From Alphaproteobacteria bacterium CG11_big_fil_rev_8_21_14_0_20_39_49 (GTDB taxonomy: Bacteria; Pseudomonadota; Alphaproteobacteria; Rickettsiales; UBA6187), in NCBI GenBank assembly GCA_002787635.1, contig PCXK01000010.1:11131-75130 (forward strand): a stretch of 64,000 bases of DNA, given 5' to 3'. Each line of letters opens with the position of its first letter. Positions within the stretch are counted from its first letter, which is position 1. Shown here in pieces: positions 17,151-27,578 of the stretch. The position numbers were made by a program, and so were the translations under genes. The notes under the pieces were generated by a model. That model did no database searches and was not told the DNA's origin. It saw nothing but the letters and a program-made list of their open reading frames with translations.

Positions 17151-19601
17151 TTAATAAATTCCACCATTACCAAAATCGTCTTTAAAATCGTTACCGTTTA
17201 ATGTCGGTTCAAATGCGTTTGAAGTTGAGGAGTCAGGCTCGGTTCCTGCCCTGAAAGCCTCAAAGATAATCTGATCTTTCGGGGTATCGGGTGAAGGTAG
17301 CAAACCTGTTTTTGCATCTATCTTTACAAGCTTTACGCCGGAGGGTCTCCTAAACGGCAGGTCAGGCTCATTTTGTAACGCCTGCCTTGCAAATTCTTTC
17401 CAGATAGGCAATGCAACCGATGCTCCCGTCTCATTCCTTCCAAGACTTCTCGGCGTATCAAATCCCACATACACACCTATTGCCAGATTTGCACTAAAAC
17501 CCATGAACCAACCGTCAAAACTATCGTTAGTCGTTCCTGTTTTTCCGGCAAGTATTTTGTCTAATGACATCAGATTACGCCCCGTGCCTCTTTGCACCAC
17601 GCCTTCTAATATTGATACCATCTGATATGCGGCTATAGGATCGGCAACCTGTTGCCTGTATTCTTCCACATCAGGAGGGCTGAGGGAGTCTGCCTCCTCT
17701 TCATTTAAGCTAACAAAACAGCCCTCGCATGTTCTGTTATCCCTTTTGAAGATAGTTTTTCCGTTACTATTTTGTATCCGTTCAATAAGTGACGGGTTTA
17801 TTACTTTTCCGCCATTTACCAACATTGCATATGCGTTGGTAAGCCTTATCAGTGTAGTTTCCGCCGACCCCAGTGCTACCGATAAATCTCTGTTAGGGTC
17901 ATCATATATGTTGAATCTTTTAGCGACATTGACTACCTTTTCTATGCCCATCAACTGAGAAAGCCTAACGGTCATTGCGTTCCTTGATTTTTCCACACCT
18001 ACCCTCAAGGTTGTAGGACCGTAATATTGTCCTGAATAATTTTGCGGTCTCCACCCCGGCAGATCATCACCTCTTTCAAGCTGCACCTCTTCATCTACTA
18101 TAATCGAGGTAGGCACGAACCCGTTTTCTAAAGCCGCAAAATAAACAAACGGTTTGAATGCCGAACCCGGTTGCCTTTTAGCCTGTATGGCACGGTTGAA
18201 CTGGCTGCCTCCATAACCATAACCGCCAACCATGGCAAGTACCTTACCCGTATATGGATCCATGGCTACTATAGCACCGTTGACTTCCGGTATTTGTTCC
18301 AAAAAATATTCGGTTTCATCACTTTGTTTTTCAACCGTTTTCCGAACAACCACCACATCACCTACGGCAACTGCGTCGTTCGGCTTTTCAATATCACCAC
18401 CGACTGAATTATCATTGATATATTTTTTTGCCCACTTCAGGTTCTTTAGTGGTATTATACCTTTTGTTTCCTCGTCAATAGCTATTTTGGCCTTTTCCTT
18501 ATCAAGCCCCAAAACTACGGCAAGTTCCCAGTCATCGAGCTTTTCAGGTCTTTCTATATTTTTTAATTCTTCTGCGTAATTTTCAAGTATTTTTATCTTT
18601 GCTACAGGACCTTTATAACCGTGACGCTTATCATACGCCAACAGACCTTTTCTCAAAGCGTCCTGAGCGTAACTTTGCATTTGCGGTTGCAATGTAGTTC
18701 TAACTGCAAGTCCTTTTTCATAAACGCCTTCTTCTCCGTAAAGTCCGGTAAGTTCCTGACGCACCGCCTCTGCGAAAGAATCAGCGTCGCTTACCATTTC
18801 GGTTTCATCACGCAAAGCTATATTAATAGGCTCGGCTATAGCATCAACCGCTTCTATCTCCGTTATAAAACCTTCCGCCAGCATGCGTTCGATAACCCAG
18901 TCACGCCTTGTTTTCGCTTTATCGTAAAACCTGCTTGGGTCTAGATCGCTAGGTGCTTTGGGTAATGCTGCCAGCATAGCCGCCTCTTCAATAGTCAACT
19001 CGTCAATGGATTTATTGAAATAATTAAGTGCAGCGGCAGCTACCCCATAGGAACGGTTGCCTAAATATATCTCATTAAGGTATAATTCCATTATCTTATC
19101 TTTGGAAAATTCTTTAGTTATCCTGAAAGCAAGTATTGCCTCCTTGATTTTTCTGTCCAGAGATTTTTCATTAGTTAGCAGAAAGTTCTTTACCACCTGC
19201 TGTGTTATCGTAGATCCACCCACAAGTGATTTATTTGTCCCCAAATTTGATGCGTTTTTTACGGCAGCCCTTACGATGCTTAAAAAATCAATTCCAGGAT
19301 GTGAATAAAAGTTCTGATCTTCAGCGGCAATGAAAGCGTTTATCAGCCTTTTAGGTATAGCATTTACAGGAACGAACAGACGCTTTTCTTTTGCATATTC
19401 TTCCATCATACGCCCATCGGCGGCATATAACCTTGTTACGGTAGGAGGTTCATATTGTGCAAGCTTTTTATAATCGGGCAAATCCCGACCGTATTTATAT
19501 AATATATATGAAACACCGATAGCGGCAATTACCGCACCTATCAAACACAAAGTTAAAACCGCCGTTAGGAAATTTACGATTTTTGTAAAAATCTTTTTCA
19601 A
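17151..19601 (-). CDS. mrcA: penicillin-binding protein 1A (bifunctional glycosyltransferase/transpeptidase)
   Basis: 816 aa with an N-terminal TM. GT51 motifs EDQNFYSHPGID, GGSTITQQ, RKIKE. Transpeptidase motifs SAFKPF (SxxK) and KTGTTND. Confidence 0.92.
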   Translation of the reverse strand: MKKIFTKIVNFLTAVLTLCLIGAVIAAIGVSYILYKYGRDLPDYKKLAQYEPPTVTRLYAADGRMMEEYAKEKRLFVPVNAIPKRLINAFIAAEDQNFYSHPGIDFLSIVRAAVKNASNLGTNKSLVGGSTITQQVVKNFLLTNEKSLDRKIKEAILAFRITKEFSKDKIMELYLNEIYLGNRSYGVAAAALNYFNKSIDELTIEEAAMLAALPKAPSDLDPSRFYDKAKTRRDWVIERMLAEGFITEIEAVDAIAEPINIALRDETEMVSDADSFAEAVRQELTGLYGEEGVYEKGLAVRTTLQPQMQSYAQDALRKGLLAYDKRHGYKGPVAKIKILENYAEELKNIERPEKLDDWELAVVLGLDKEKAKIAIDEETKGIIPLKNLKWAKKYINDNSVGGDIEKPNDAVAVGDVVVVRKTVEKQSDETEYFLEQIPEVNGAIVAMDPYTGKVLAMVGGYGYGGSQFNRAIQAKRQPGSAFKPFVYFAALENGFVPTSIIVDEEVQLERGDDLPGWRPQNYSGQYYGPTTLRVGVEKSRNAMTVRLSQLMGIEKVVNVAKRFNIYDDPNRDLSVALGSAETTLIRLTNAYAMLVNGGKVINPSLIERIQNSNGKTIFKRDNRTCEGCFVSLNEEEADSLSPPDVEEYRQQVADPIAAYQMVSILEGVVQRGTGRNLMSLDKILAGKTGTTNDSFDGWFMGFSANLAIGVYVGFDTPRSLGRNETGASVALPIWKEFARQALQNEPDLPFRRPSGVKLVKIDAKTGLLPSPDTPKDQIIFEAFRAGTEPDSSTSNAFEPTLNGNDFKDDFGNGGIY

Positions 19602-19743
19602 AATCCGACACCTTTTTACAGAAAAATTAAACCGTTAACAGTACAGATTTTTTTTAAATTATCAATTAAAATATACTTTTTGTCATTGGGAGTGTTCAAT
19701 AAACATAGCTTTTGTAAACATTACACTGAAATCTTGAATTTTT

Positions 19744-19810
19744 GTCATGCTGAACTCGTTTCAGCATCTGTTACCTTTTATAAAAGAACCTGAAACAAGT
19801 TCAGGTTGAC
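19744..19810. repeat. family A double hairpin (GTCATGCTGAAC..TTCAGCATC + GAACCTGAAACAAGTTCAGGTTGAC)
   Basis: Two hairpins at 19744-19768 and 19786-19810 between amiC and mrcA. The flanks differ from the 841/23008 TIRs (gagtgttcaataaacatagctttt type). Confidence 0.7.
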
Positions 19811-19843
19811 TACGGAAGTTATTTAAAATCACTATATACCCCC

Positions 19844-21001
19844 CTATTCCAATGCATATTTCTTAAAATGCTCATCTATTGATTTTACAAAGCCTGCCGA
19901 CAGCTTTTTTCTATAATCATCTGATTGCAACAGGCGTTCTTCTTTTCTGTTTGAAAGATAGCCAAGCTCAATCAGCACCGAGGGTATATCTGCACCTTTT
20001 AACACCCTGAATCCTGCAAAGCGGTGAGGATTTGTCAGCAGTTTTACCTCATGCTGCAATTTATCGACTATAGTTTCCGCAAAGCTTGAAGATACGTTTT
20101 TTGTCTCCCTTTGCGTCATATCTATAAGCAGTTCGGTTATATCACGGGATTCATGCACCAGATCGATGCCTGTTATTATATCTTCTTTATTTTCCTTTCT
20201 AGCCAGAGCTTCAGCTTCCTTATCCGATGCATTCTCCGATAAAGTATAGACCGAAAACCCGCTTACACCTCTGCTATCATGGGCGTTAGCATGGATTGAT
20301 ATGAACATGTCGCCTTTTACCTTCCTTGCTTTTTCAACCCTGTCGGTCAATTGAATATACTGATCGGCAGTACGTGTCATATAAACATTATACCTACCTG
20401 TTGCTTCTAATTGTTTTTTAAGCTCCTTTGCATATTCCAAAGTGATATCTTTTTCGTATGTTTTTCTATAACCTATCGTACCGGGGTCATGCCCACCATG
20501 CCCTGCATCTATTACTATTAAAGGCTTGCGAGGCTTTTTCACGGGAAGTTGCGGCGATTTAAAGCTTTTTCCTTCTTTTGAAACAGGTATGGGTTTTAAT
20601 TTTGTTTCATCATCGGGGTTGGAAGGTTTCAGGTCAAGTACCAGACGGTATCCGTATCCCTCTTTAGGTTCAAGGACGAAATTCTCTACGATATTCACAG
20701 GATTATTCAAATCCAGCACTATACGCAACGGTGATGTATTCGGAGAATAACGGACTCCTTTTATACGCTTTGTATGGCTGTGCGGACTCAAATTATCGTC
20801 CCATCGGGTATTATTGATATCAATTACCGCACGTGGCGGATTTTCTAGGGTAAAAGCCTTATATTCAGGCTTTTTATCCATATCAAGCACGAACCTGCTA
20901 TATAGGTCATGGTCATAAGCCCTAAAACCCGTAACTTTGTTCTGGGAGTAAGATACAAACGGTATCAATAGGCAGATTAAGAAAATTACAAAGCGTTTCA
21001 T
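19844..21001 (-). CDS. amiC: N-acetylmuramoyl-L-alanine amidase (AMIN domain + amidase_3)
   Basis: Signal peptide. AMIN-like N-domain (RFVLDMDKKPEYKAF..RAVIDINN). Catalytic domain IVIDAGHGGHDPG..ISIHANA..VLIELGYLSN. Confidence 0.85.
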   Translation of the reverse strand: MKRFVIFLICLLIPFVSYSQNKVTGFRAYDHDLYSRFVLDMDKKPEYKAFTLENPPRAVIDINNTRWDDNLSPHSHTKRIKGVRYSPNTSPLRIVLDLNNPVNIVENFVLEPKEGYGYRLVLDLKPSNPDDETKLKPIPVSKEGKSFKSPQLPVKKPRKPLIVIDAGHGGHDPGTIGYRKTYEKDITLEYAKELKKQLEATGRYNVYMTRTADQYIQLTDRVEKARKVKGDMFISIHANAHDSRGVSGFSVYTLSENASDKEAEALARKENKEDIITGIDLVHESRDITELLIDMTQRETKNVSSSFAETIVDKLQHEVKLLTNPHRFAGFRVLKGADIPSVLIELGYLSNRKEERLLQSDDYRKKLSAGFVKSIDEHFKKYALE

Positions 21002-21120
21002 TATTTAAAGACTTCCTGTCATTAAAACGAATTTTACAATAACAGAGAATATATCTTATTGAATAATATTTTTCAGCTATTTTTATTTCAAGCAATTATC
21101 TCTTTATAGGCATACTGAAT

Positions 21121-22119
21121 TTAAGCCGCCTTTAAATCCTTGAAACCTACCATTTTATTATTTGCCTCGTCCCATAGTGATAGCCAGAAGCTTTTTCTGC
21201 TTTCCCATATACTGATTTTCACAGGGCTTTGCAGTTCGGGAACCGAGTAATAGCATTTTTCCAGACGGTAATTAGGAATTTTTGCCGATAAATGATGTAT
21301 GTGATGATAGCTGATATAACCTGTTATCCAGTGTAACCACTTTGGCAGGTCATAAAAAGAAGAGCCGTTCAGTGCTGCATCGCAATAATTCCATGTCCGG
21401 TTGCCTTCCCAGTAAGTGTTTTCATACTGATGCTGTATGTAAAATATCCACGTTCCCACAACTGCGGCAACGAATGCTATCGGAACATATATCTTAAAGA
21501 AGGTAGAAGCTCCCAGCCAATAGCAAAACGCTGCACCTACAACTACCATATAAATATTCGTGAACATCACACTAACCCATGATGACAAACGCTTTGCTTT
21601 ATAAAAAGGCACTCGCTGCTTCACAAGAAAATGTATCGTAGCTCCTGCGGTAAACAGGAAGAAAGGGTTTCTTAATATCCTATATTGCAGTTTTTGAAAA
21701 GGAGTAGCGTTTTTATATTCTTCAACCGTCCATGTTGTAACGTCACCTACACCCCTATGGTTCAAATTCCCAGATGTAGCATGATGTCTGTTATGCTCTT
21801 TAGCCCATTGTGCGTAAGGGGTCATTGTAAACACACTAAGAAGGGGACCTAGCATATCATTATATTTTTTGTTCTTAAAGAATGAGCCGTGACCGCAATC
21901 ATGTTGGATAATGAATATTTTAACCACGAATAGACCGGCAAAAAATGAAAGTAATAACGTAACCGAGTAATAAGAATCCACCGTCAAGTACATTAGATAA
22001 CATATGGCGGCAAAAAATCCTAAAGTTGAAAATAACTGTAACAAACTTTCATGTATCGTGGGATTTTTATATGGGGCTACAAGCTTATCCCAATATGCCA
22101 TAGATTGTTTATTTTCCAC
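21121..22119 (-). CDS. membrane fatty-acid desaturase family protein
   Basis: Three histidine boxes HDCGH, HNRHH and HHIHH, with several TM segments. Confidence 0.82.
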   Translation of the reverse strand: MENKQSMAYWDKLVAPYKNPTIHESLLQLFSTLGFFAAICYLMYLTVDSYYSVTLLLSFFAGLFVVKIFIIQHDCGHGSFFKNKKYNDMLGPLLSVFTMTPYAQWAKEHNRHHATSGNLNHRGVGDVTTWTVEEYKNATPFQKLQYRILRNPFFLFTAGATIHFLVKQRVPFYKAKRLSSWVSVMFTNIYMVVVGAAFCYWLGASTFFKIYVPIAFVAAVVGTWIFYIQHQYENTYWEGNRTWNYCDAALNGSSFYDLPKWLHWITGYISYHHIHHLSAKIPNYRLEKCYYSVPELQSPVKISIWESRKSFWLSLWDEANNKMVGFKDLKAA

Positions 22120-22185
22120 ATCTTCTCCTTATTTATATCATTTCATTACATAATAATAAAAGATTAGAACTTAGTAAATAATATT

Positions 22186-22965
22186 TTATCTATTTCCAAT
22201 TGCAAGCTCACTGACAAAATTCAATACTTCTTCTGCCGAACTATCCTTTATCTTGTTAACTATTGAGGAACCTACAACAACAGCGTCCGCATATTTCCCA
22301 ACTGATTTTACATCACTTGTGGTTTTTATACCGAATCCTACGGCTATAGGCAAATCACAATTTTGTTTTATTCTTTCCACCGCCTGCCCCACAGACTCGT
22401 AACTAGCTGATTTAACACCTGTAACTCCTGTAACTGCAACATAATATAAAAATCCGCCGGCTTTCTTTGCTATCAGTTTCATACGCTCATTATCGGTGGT
22501 AGGGGTAGCCAGTTTTATATTTGCGATATCATATTTTTTTGTAATCTCGAATAATTCATCATCTTCTTCTATCGGCAGATCAACTATCAAAACTGCATCA
22601 ACTCCGGCTTTGTTCGCATCTGCACAAAATTTTTCCACACCGTAATTACGTACAGGATTATAATAACCCATTAAAACTATCGGAGTGCTATCGTTATTTT
22701 TCCTGAACTGTTCCACCATCTTCAAAATGCCTGAAACTTTAGCCCCTGCTTTTAACGCCCTTATTCCTGCCGCCTGAATAACGGGACCATCTGCCATAGG
22801 GTCGGAAAAAGGCATACCCAGTTCAATTATATCGGCTCCGGCTTCCGGCAGTCCGTTCAGGATTTTTTGCGATTCTTCAAGGCTTTTGTCATATGCCATA
22901 ATATATGTTATAAGCCCTGCCCTGCCCTGCTGTTTTAACTCGTTGAATTTATTTTCTAATCTCAT
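22186..22965 (-). CDS. trpA: tryptophan synthase alpha chain
   Basis: ORF 22186..23058 trimmed to the ATG at 22965 (MRLENKFNELKQQGRAGLITYI..GADIIELGMPFSDPMADGPVIQ). The 31-codon extension starts in the ATGAC end of a repeat. Confidence 0.92.
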   Translation of the reverse strand: MRLENKFNELKQQGRAGLITYIMAYDKSLEESQKILNGLPEAGADIIELGMPFSDPMADGPVIQAAGIRALKAGAKVSGILKMVEQFRKNNDSTPIVLMGYYNPVRNYGVEKFCADANKAGVDAVLIVDLPIEEDDELFEITKKYDIANIKLATPTTDNERMKLIAKKAGGFLYYVAVTGVTGVKSASYESVGQAVERIKQNCDLPIAVGFGIKTTSDVKSVGKYADAVVVGSSIVNKIKDSSAEEVLNFVSELAIGNR

Positions 22966-23007
22966 ATTTTCTACTAATAAAATACGTGGAATAACACAAT
23001 TAAATCT

Positions 23008-23148
23008 TGGAATTGCACATTTAATGGGTGAGTCGTTAAAATTACTTGTTTTTGTCATGGGCGAATTTATTTCAGCATCTCATTCTACCTTAAAAAGACC
23101 CTGAAACAAGTTCAGGGTGACGCATCAACCATTAAATGTACAATTCCG
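23008..23148. mobile_element. family A MITE-like element filling the trpB-trpA spacer
   Basis: TIRs tggaattgcacatttaatgggtg (23008-23030) and caaccattaaatgtacaattccg (23126-23148). Internal gtcatgggcgaatttatttcagcatc (23054-23079) and gaccctgaaacaagttcagggtgac (23097-23121). Opposite orientation to the copy at 841. Confidence 0.8.
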
Positions 23149-24354
23149 TTAAATCTTAACTCCCAAAGCTTCCGCAATAGTAAACACATCCTTATCACCC
23201 CGCCCGCATAAATTCATAATGATAATATGCTCTTTTGGCAATTTTGGTGCTATCTTTATCACATGTGCCAGTGCATGTGAAGGCTCTAAAGCAGGCAATA
23301 TCCCTTCTGTTTTAGCACAAAGCTGAAAAGCCTCCAACGCTTCTATATCAGTTGCCGACTCATACCGGACCCGTTTTACATCATTTAAATAAGCATGTTC
23401 AGGACCTATTCCCGGATAATCAAGACCTGCCGATATGGAATGGGCGTTTTTAATCTGACCGTCATCATCTTGCAAATAATATGTTGCATTTCCGTGTAGG
23501 ACTCCAAAACGCCCGTTACTGATTGATGCGGCATTATCTTGCGTATCAAGTCCTTTGCCCGATGCTTCAACGGCAACCAGTTCAACCCTTTCATCATCTA
23601 TAAAATCGCTAAACAAGCCAAGTGCATTTGAACCGCCGCCTATACATGCAACCAGAGTATCGGGCAACCTACCCTCCGCCTCCAATATCTGCTGTTTAGC
23701 TTCCCTGCCTATTACAGACTGAAAGTCTCTGACCATCATCGGGAACGGGTGCGGTCCTGCCGCCGTACCTATAAGATAGTAAGTATCATCAACATTGGAT
23801 ACCCAGTCACGTAAAGCCTCGTTCATTGCGTCTTTGAGCGTACCCGTGCCTGAGTCCACCGGCACTACCTCGGCTCCCAGAAGTTTCATACGGAAAAGAT
23901 TCGGCTTTTGCCTTTCCATATCTTTTGCACCCATATAAACGATGCATTTCATATCGAACAAAGCACATACCGTAGCCGTTGCCACGCCATGCTGTCCCGC
24001 TCCCGTTTCAGCAATTATTCTTTTCTTACCCATTTTTCGGGCAAGCAATATCTGCCCCATACAATGGTTTATTTTATGTGCACCCGTATGGTTAAGCTCA
24101 TCTCTTTTAAAATAAACCTTAGCTCCGCCCAGATGCTCGGTCAGGCTTTTTGCAAAATATAACGGGCTTGGTCTGCCCACATAATGCTTCAGGTAATACT
24201 CAAGTTCCTCATTGAACTCTTTGTCATCTTTATATTTTTTATATGATTTTTCAACTTCCAGAATCAACGGCATTAATGTTTCTGAAACATATCTGCCGCC
24301 ATATATACCGAAATGTCCTTTTTCATCCGGCTGTGAATATTTATTGTTACTCAT
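23149..24354 (-). CDS. trpB: tryptophan synthase beta chain
   Basis: 401 aa, [18 protein letters not shown] lysine [16 protein letters not shown]. Confidence 0.97.
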   Translation of the reverse strand: MSNNKYSQPDEKGHFGIYGGRYVSETLMPLILEVEKSYKKYKDDKEFNEELEYYLKHYVGRPSPLYFAKSLTEHLGGAKVYFKRDELNHTGAHKINHCMGQILLARKMGKKRIIAETGAGQHGVATATVCALFDMKCIVYMGAKDMERQKPNLFRMKLLGAEVVPVDSGTGTLKDAMNEALRDWVSNVDDTYYLIGTAAGPHPFPMMVRDFQSVIGREAKQQILEAEGRLPDTLVACIGGGSNALGLFSDFIDDERVELVAVEASGKGLDTQDNAASISNGRFGVLHGNATYYLQDDDGQIKNAHSISAGLDYPGIGPEHAYLNDVKRVRYESATDIEALEAFQLCAKTEGILPALEPSHALAHVIKIAPKLPKEHIIIMNLCGRGDKDVFTIAEALGVKI

Positions 24355-24364
24355 ATCAAATACT

Positions 24365-25015
24365 TTAAAATTTATTTTTTGCCGCCTTTGCGTTCTTGAT
24401 GAACTCTTTTATCAACCCGATATCTTTTACACCCGGCTCACTTTCAATACTTGAAGAGACATCAACTATCTTTGCACCGCTTATTCTAATGGCATTTTTC
24501 ACATTCTGCACGTTCAAACCTCCAGACAATATCCATGGTACATTGAACTCCCTACCCTTGAGCAATGTCCAGTCAAAAGAAAGACCGTTACCTCCGGGTA
24601 GCGGAGAATTAGGAACTTTAGCATCAAACAATATCATATCGACCACATCGGTATAATCCATGGATTTTACCACATCATCGCTGCAACGGACGGCAATCGC
24701 TTTTATAATACCGGCCTTATAACTTTCTTTTATATCCTTTATCCTGCTGCGGCTTTCGCTACCGTGAAATTGCACATAATCAGGTTTGAAATCTTTTATA
24801 ATATTCTCCAATTCCATATCCGTGGGGTCAACAACGACCGCAACTTTTTTTACACCCTTCTTTAAACCTTTGGTTATCCTGAATGCTTGTTTAGGTGTTA
24901 TGTTCCTTGGAGACTTATGGAAGAAAACAAGACCGATATACTCTGCACCATAATCTGCTGCTGCCCCGACCTCATCTTTGGTCTTCAGACCGCATATCTT
25001 TACTTTGACCGTCAT
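24365..25015 (-). CDS. trpF: N-(5'-phosphoribosyl)anthranilate isomerase
   Basis: [26 protein letters not shown]. Immediately upstream of trpB. Confidence 0.9.
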   Translation of the reverse strand: MTVKVKICGLKTKDEVGAAADYGAEYIGLVFFHKSPRNITPKQAFRITKGLKKGVKKVAVVVDPTDMELENIIKDFKPDYVQFHGSESRSRIKDIKESYKAGIIKAIAVRCSDDVVKSMDYTDVVDMILFDAKVPNSPLPGGNGLSFDWTLLKGREFNVPWILSGGLNVQNVKNAIRISGAKIVDVSSSIESEPGVKDIGLIKEFIKNAKAAKNKF

Positions 25016-25311
25016 AACGATGTTTTAATTTTCTTTTCTGCCTTCAAAGCTTCTATTTCACTTTCAAGGGCTTGTATTTTACGTTTATTCATTGAGTTCA
25101 TTTTTTCATAACCGACTTTGGTAAAAGAGGAGCCTATACCGTAAACCACAACTCCCATAGCAAAACTACCTATTACTACTATATATAACGGAGCTTCAAC
25201 GATATATGATAGCGGGTACATGGAAATCGTGACATCTTCACGGTTAGCAAGTGCAAATATGGTAGTAACACCCGTAATCAGTACGAAAAAAATTACTTTA
25301 ATTATCCACAT
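25012..25311 (-). CDS. LapA-domain (DUF1049) inner-membrane protein
   Basis: 99 aa with two TM helices and a C-terminal coiled coil (IQALESEIEALKAEKK). The ihfB..lapA-trpF neighbourhood is typical of alphaproteobacteria. 4-nt overlap with trpF. Confidence 0.7.
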   Translation of the reverse strand: MWIIKVIFFVLITGVTTIFALANREDVTISMYPLSYIVEAPLYIVVIGSFAMGVVVYGIGSSFTKVGYEKMNSMNKRKIQALESEIEALKAEKKIKTSL

Positions 25312-25370
25312 AACAAATGCACCTTTTTATGGGAGTTTTCAATAAATATATATTTAGTGAACACTCCTTT

Positions 25371-27131
25371 TTATTGAAACATATCCTTCAATGATTTTAC
25401 GCCGCCTTCACTGCCTAGGTTATTCTTTATATCTTTAAAATCCCTTTTTAACTGATTTACAAGGTTTTTTCCACCTTCGGGGTTATTTATCAGATCCTGC
25501 ACTATGGATTTCACTTCCAACCTGATTGTCGGCTTAAACAAATTACCGCTTATCAGTATAGGGATACTAAGCTTTTGTTCTTCGTTACTTTCAAAGTCCT
25601 GCGAATATTTAGGTGTTAATTTATACGCAATATTTTGTTTTGGCAAATCTATTTCACCACGTCCGGCAAAATTTAATATATCTGATTTCAGTACAAGATT
25701 CTCGTTTACCGCCAAACCGTTCTTAATATCAAAGTCTGCGGATATCTGTTCGAATCTGGTTGTATGTTTGGCAGCACCCAAATTAAAGGCATCAGGCTTG
25801 CTCTTTAAAATTGATATTAAGTCCACTCCTTGGATTACGCCATCTTTTACATTCAATGACATTTTACCGCTTAATTTTTCTACCAATGCCTTTTGGGTAT
25901 TACCTACCGAATATAGGCTTCCTTCAATATCCGTCTTCCCTTCGAATATCTCTTTTTGTCCTGCCATTTTCAGGACTTGCTGCATGTTTAATGATTTTAT
26001 GTCAAATTTAGTTTTCAATACAGACAGACCGCTTGCACCGTCAACCACAACCTCTGAATTCATTATCCCGCCATATAGAGAAACATCTTTAAAATTCAAC
26101 GTAAGCCTTCCGCTTTTCAGATATGCATTTAAGGCAATATTCCCCACCTCAAAATTATCATATTTGATACCGCCGGACTTAAAATTAAAGTTAAAGTCAC
26201 CCCGATTCAAAAAGGCAACATCAAACTCCTTGGTGTCCCATCCAAACTCTTTAGCACTTTCTTCTTTTTCATCGACAGATGTTTGCTCGGTAACTTTTGG
26301 ATTTTTAGCAGATGCCGTAGTATAATTATTAAGATTAATACTATTTGCATATAATGACAGCTTTAAAGAAGGCTTACCGTTTATCTTCTCATGCTCAATT
26401 TCGCTATTTGCCTTAATATCATCTAATTTTATATCGATGTTATTGAGTTTATAAGTTGCACCGTTTATTGTGTATTTAGACGACAGGTCAAAAACACCTT
26501 TTGATTTATCTTCAAATATATTTAGCTTGCCTGACAAATTGAAATCATTTTCACCGGGCTTGATAGATGTTTTTATATTCAGGCTCGATATGTTTATATT
26601 TTGTTCACTTTGTTCATCAACATATGAAAAGTCGGCATCTTTTATCTCAAACTCGTTTAATAAGAAACGCTCGGTAATATCAAAAGGTTTCTCTCCGCCA
26701 TAAACAACTTCGGTTACCTCATTGGGGTCTGCTACTTCCTTCTCCGCTTTTTTCTGCTCCCAGTTAGCCTCACCTTCTTTATTCACATTCAGGCTAACGT
26801 TCGGCTTAATGAGTTGCAGGCTATCAATTTCCAGTTTTTTATCAAATAACGGTGCTAATTTTATTTTTATCACCATCTTTTCAGAGGCAAACAAATTACG
26901 GCTTTCATCAAGTGAAGAAGCAACCGAAACATTTTCGACCATCAACGATATATTAGGAACTGCCATTGCGGTTATTTTACCGTCAATTTTCACCTTAAAT
27001 CCGGTTTTGTCATGAATAAGATTTGTTATTTCCTGCTTATATTTATTTACATCAAGCCAAAACGGCACTGAAAGTAAACCCGCAACAGCAATGAACAATA
27101 ATAATGTAAATAATATAAGTAATTTTTTCAT
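25371..27131 (-). CDS. AsmA-family outer-membrane biogenesis protein
   Basis: 586 aa. N-terminal anchor MKKLLILFTLLLFIAVAGLLSVPFWLDVNKYKQEI and repetitive beta-rich body. C-terminal ..LSIPILISGNLFKPTIRL typical of AsmA_2. Confidence 0.78.
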   Translation of the reverse strand: MKKLLILFTLLLFIAVAGLLSVPFWLDVNKYKQEITNLIHDKTGFKVKIDGKITAMAVPNISLMVENVSVASSLDESRNLFASEKMVIKIKLAPLFDKKLEIDSLQLIKPNVSLNVNKEGEANWEQKKAEKEVADPNEVTEVVYGGEKPFDITERFLLNEFEIKDADFSYVDEQSEQNINISSLNIKTSIKPGENDFNLSGKLNIFEDKSKGVFDLSSKYTINGATYKLNNIDIKLDDIKANSEIEHEKINGKPSLKLSLYANSINLNNYTTASAKNPKVTEQTSVDEKEESAKEFGWDTKEFDVAFLNRGDFNFNFKSGGIKYDNFEVGNIALNAYLKSGRLTLNFKDVSLYGGIMNSEVVVDGASGLSVLKTKFDIKSLNMQQVLKMAGQKEIFEGKTDIEGSLYSVGNTQKALVEKLSGKMSLNVKDGVIQGVDLISILKSKPDAFNLGAAKHTTRFEQISADFDIKNGLAVNENLVLKSDILNFAGRGEIDLPKQNIAYKLTPKYSQDFESNEEQKLSIPILISGNLFKPTIRLEVKSIVQDLINNPEGGKNLVNQLKRDFKDIKNNLGSEGGVKSLKDMFQ

Positions 27132-27184
27132 GAATAATTCTTAGAATATCAGGTTATACGCTTTATTATATAACTAATAATATA

Positions 27185-27469
27185 CTAATCGTTTTTATTC
27201 AAGCGTGCATTTAGCTCTTTACCTGCCCTAAAATATAAAGCGGCTCTTTCTCCCAAATCAACAAGCTCGTTAGTCCTTGGGTTTCTGGCTTTTCTTGCCT
27301 GTCTTTTTCTTATAGTAAATGCACCGAACCCTCTTAATTCAACCCTTTTTTCTTCAACCAATGCATCTGATATTTCATCAAATATAGTATCTACAACAAC
27401 CTGAATGTCCTTTAGGAACATATTAGGAAAACGTTGAGAAATTTTTCTAATTAATTCTGATTTAGTCAC
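27185..27469 (-). CDS. ihfB: integration host factor subunit beta
   Basis: MTKSELIRKISQRFP..VELRGFGAFTIRKRQARKARNPRTNELV. Confidence 0.92.
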   Translation of the reverse strand: MTKSELIRKISQRFPNMFLKDIQVVVDTIFDEISDALVEEKRVELRGFGAFTIRKRQARKARNPRTNELVDLGERAALYFRAGKELNARLNKND

Positions 27470-27578
27470 TTTCGCATCTCCACAATTTATTAATTATTTG
27501 TTAATTCTATCACCTTCGGCATATTAATATACGACATATAATATTTGTAAAAGTAATTATTGATTTTTTTATATAAAG

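Noticed and set aside
16918-17154. 78-aa plus-strand ORF across the prfB 5' region
   Set aside because: It is antisense to the recoded N-terminal part of prfB, which fully explains this interval.
25504-26325. 273-aa ORF antisense to the AsmA-family gene (also 25811..26011, 26470..26703, 26722..27015)
   Set aside because: Antisense shadow ORFs with low-complexity Ser/Phe/Leu-rich sequence. The AsmA frame has a signal anchor and family-typical ends.
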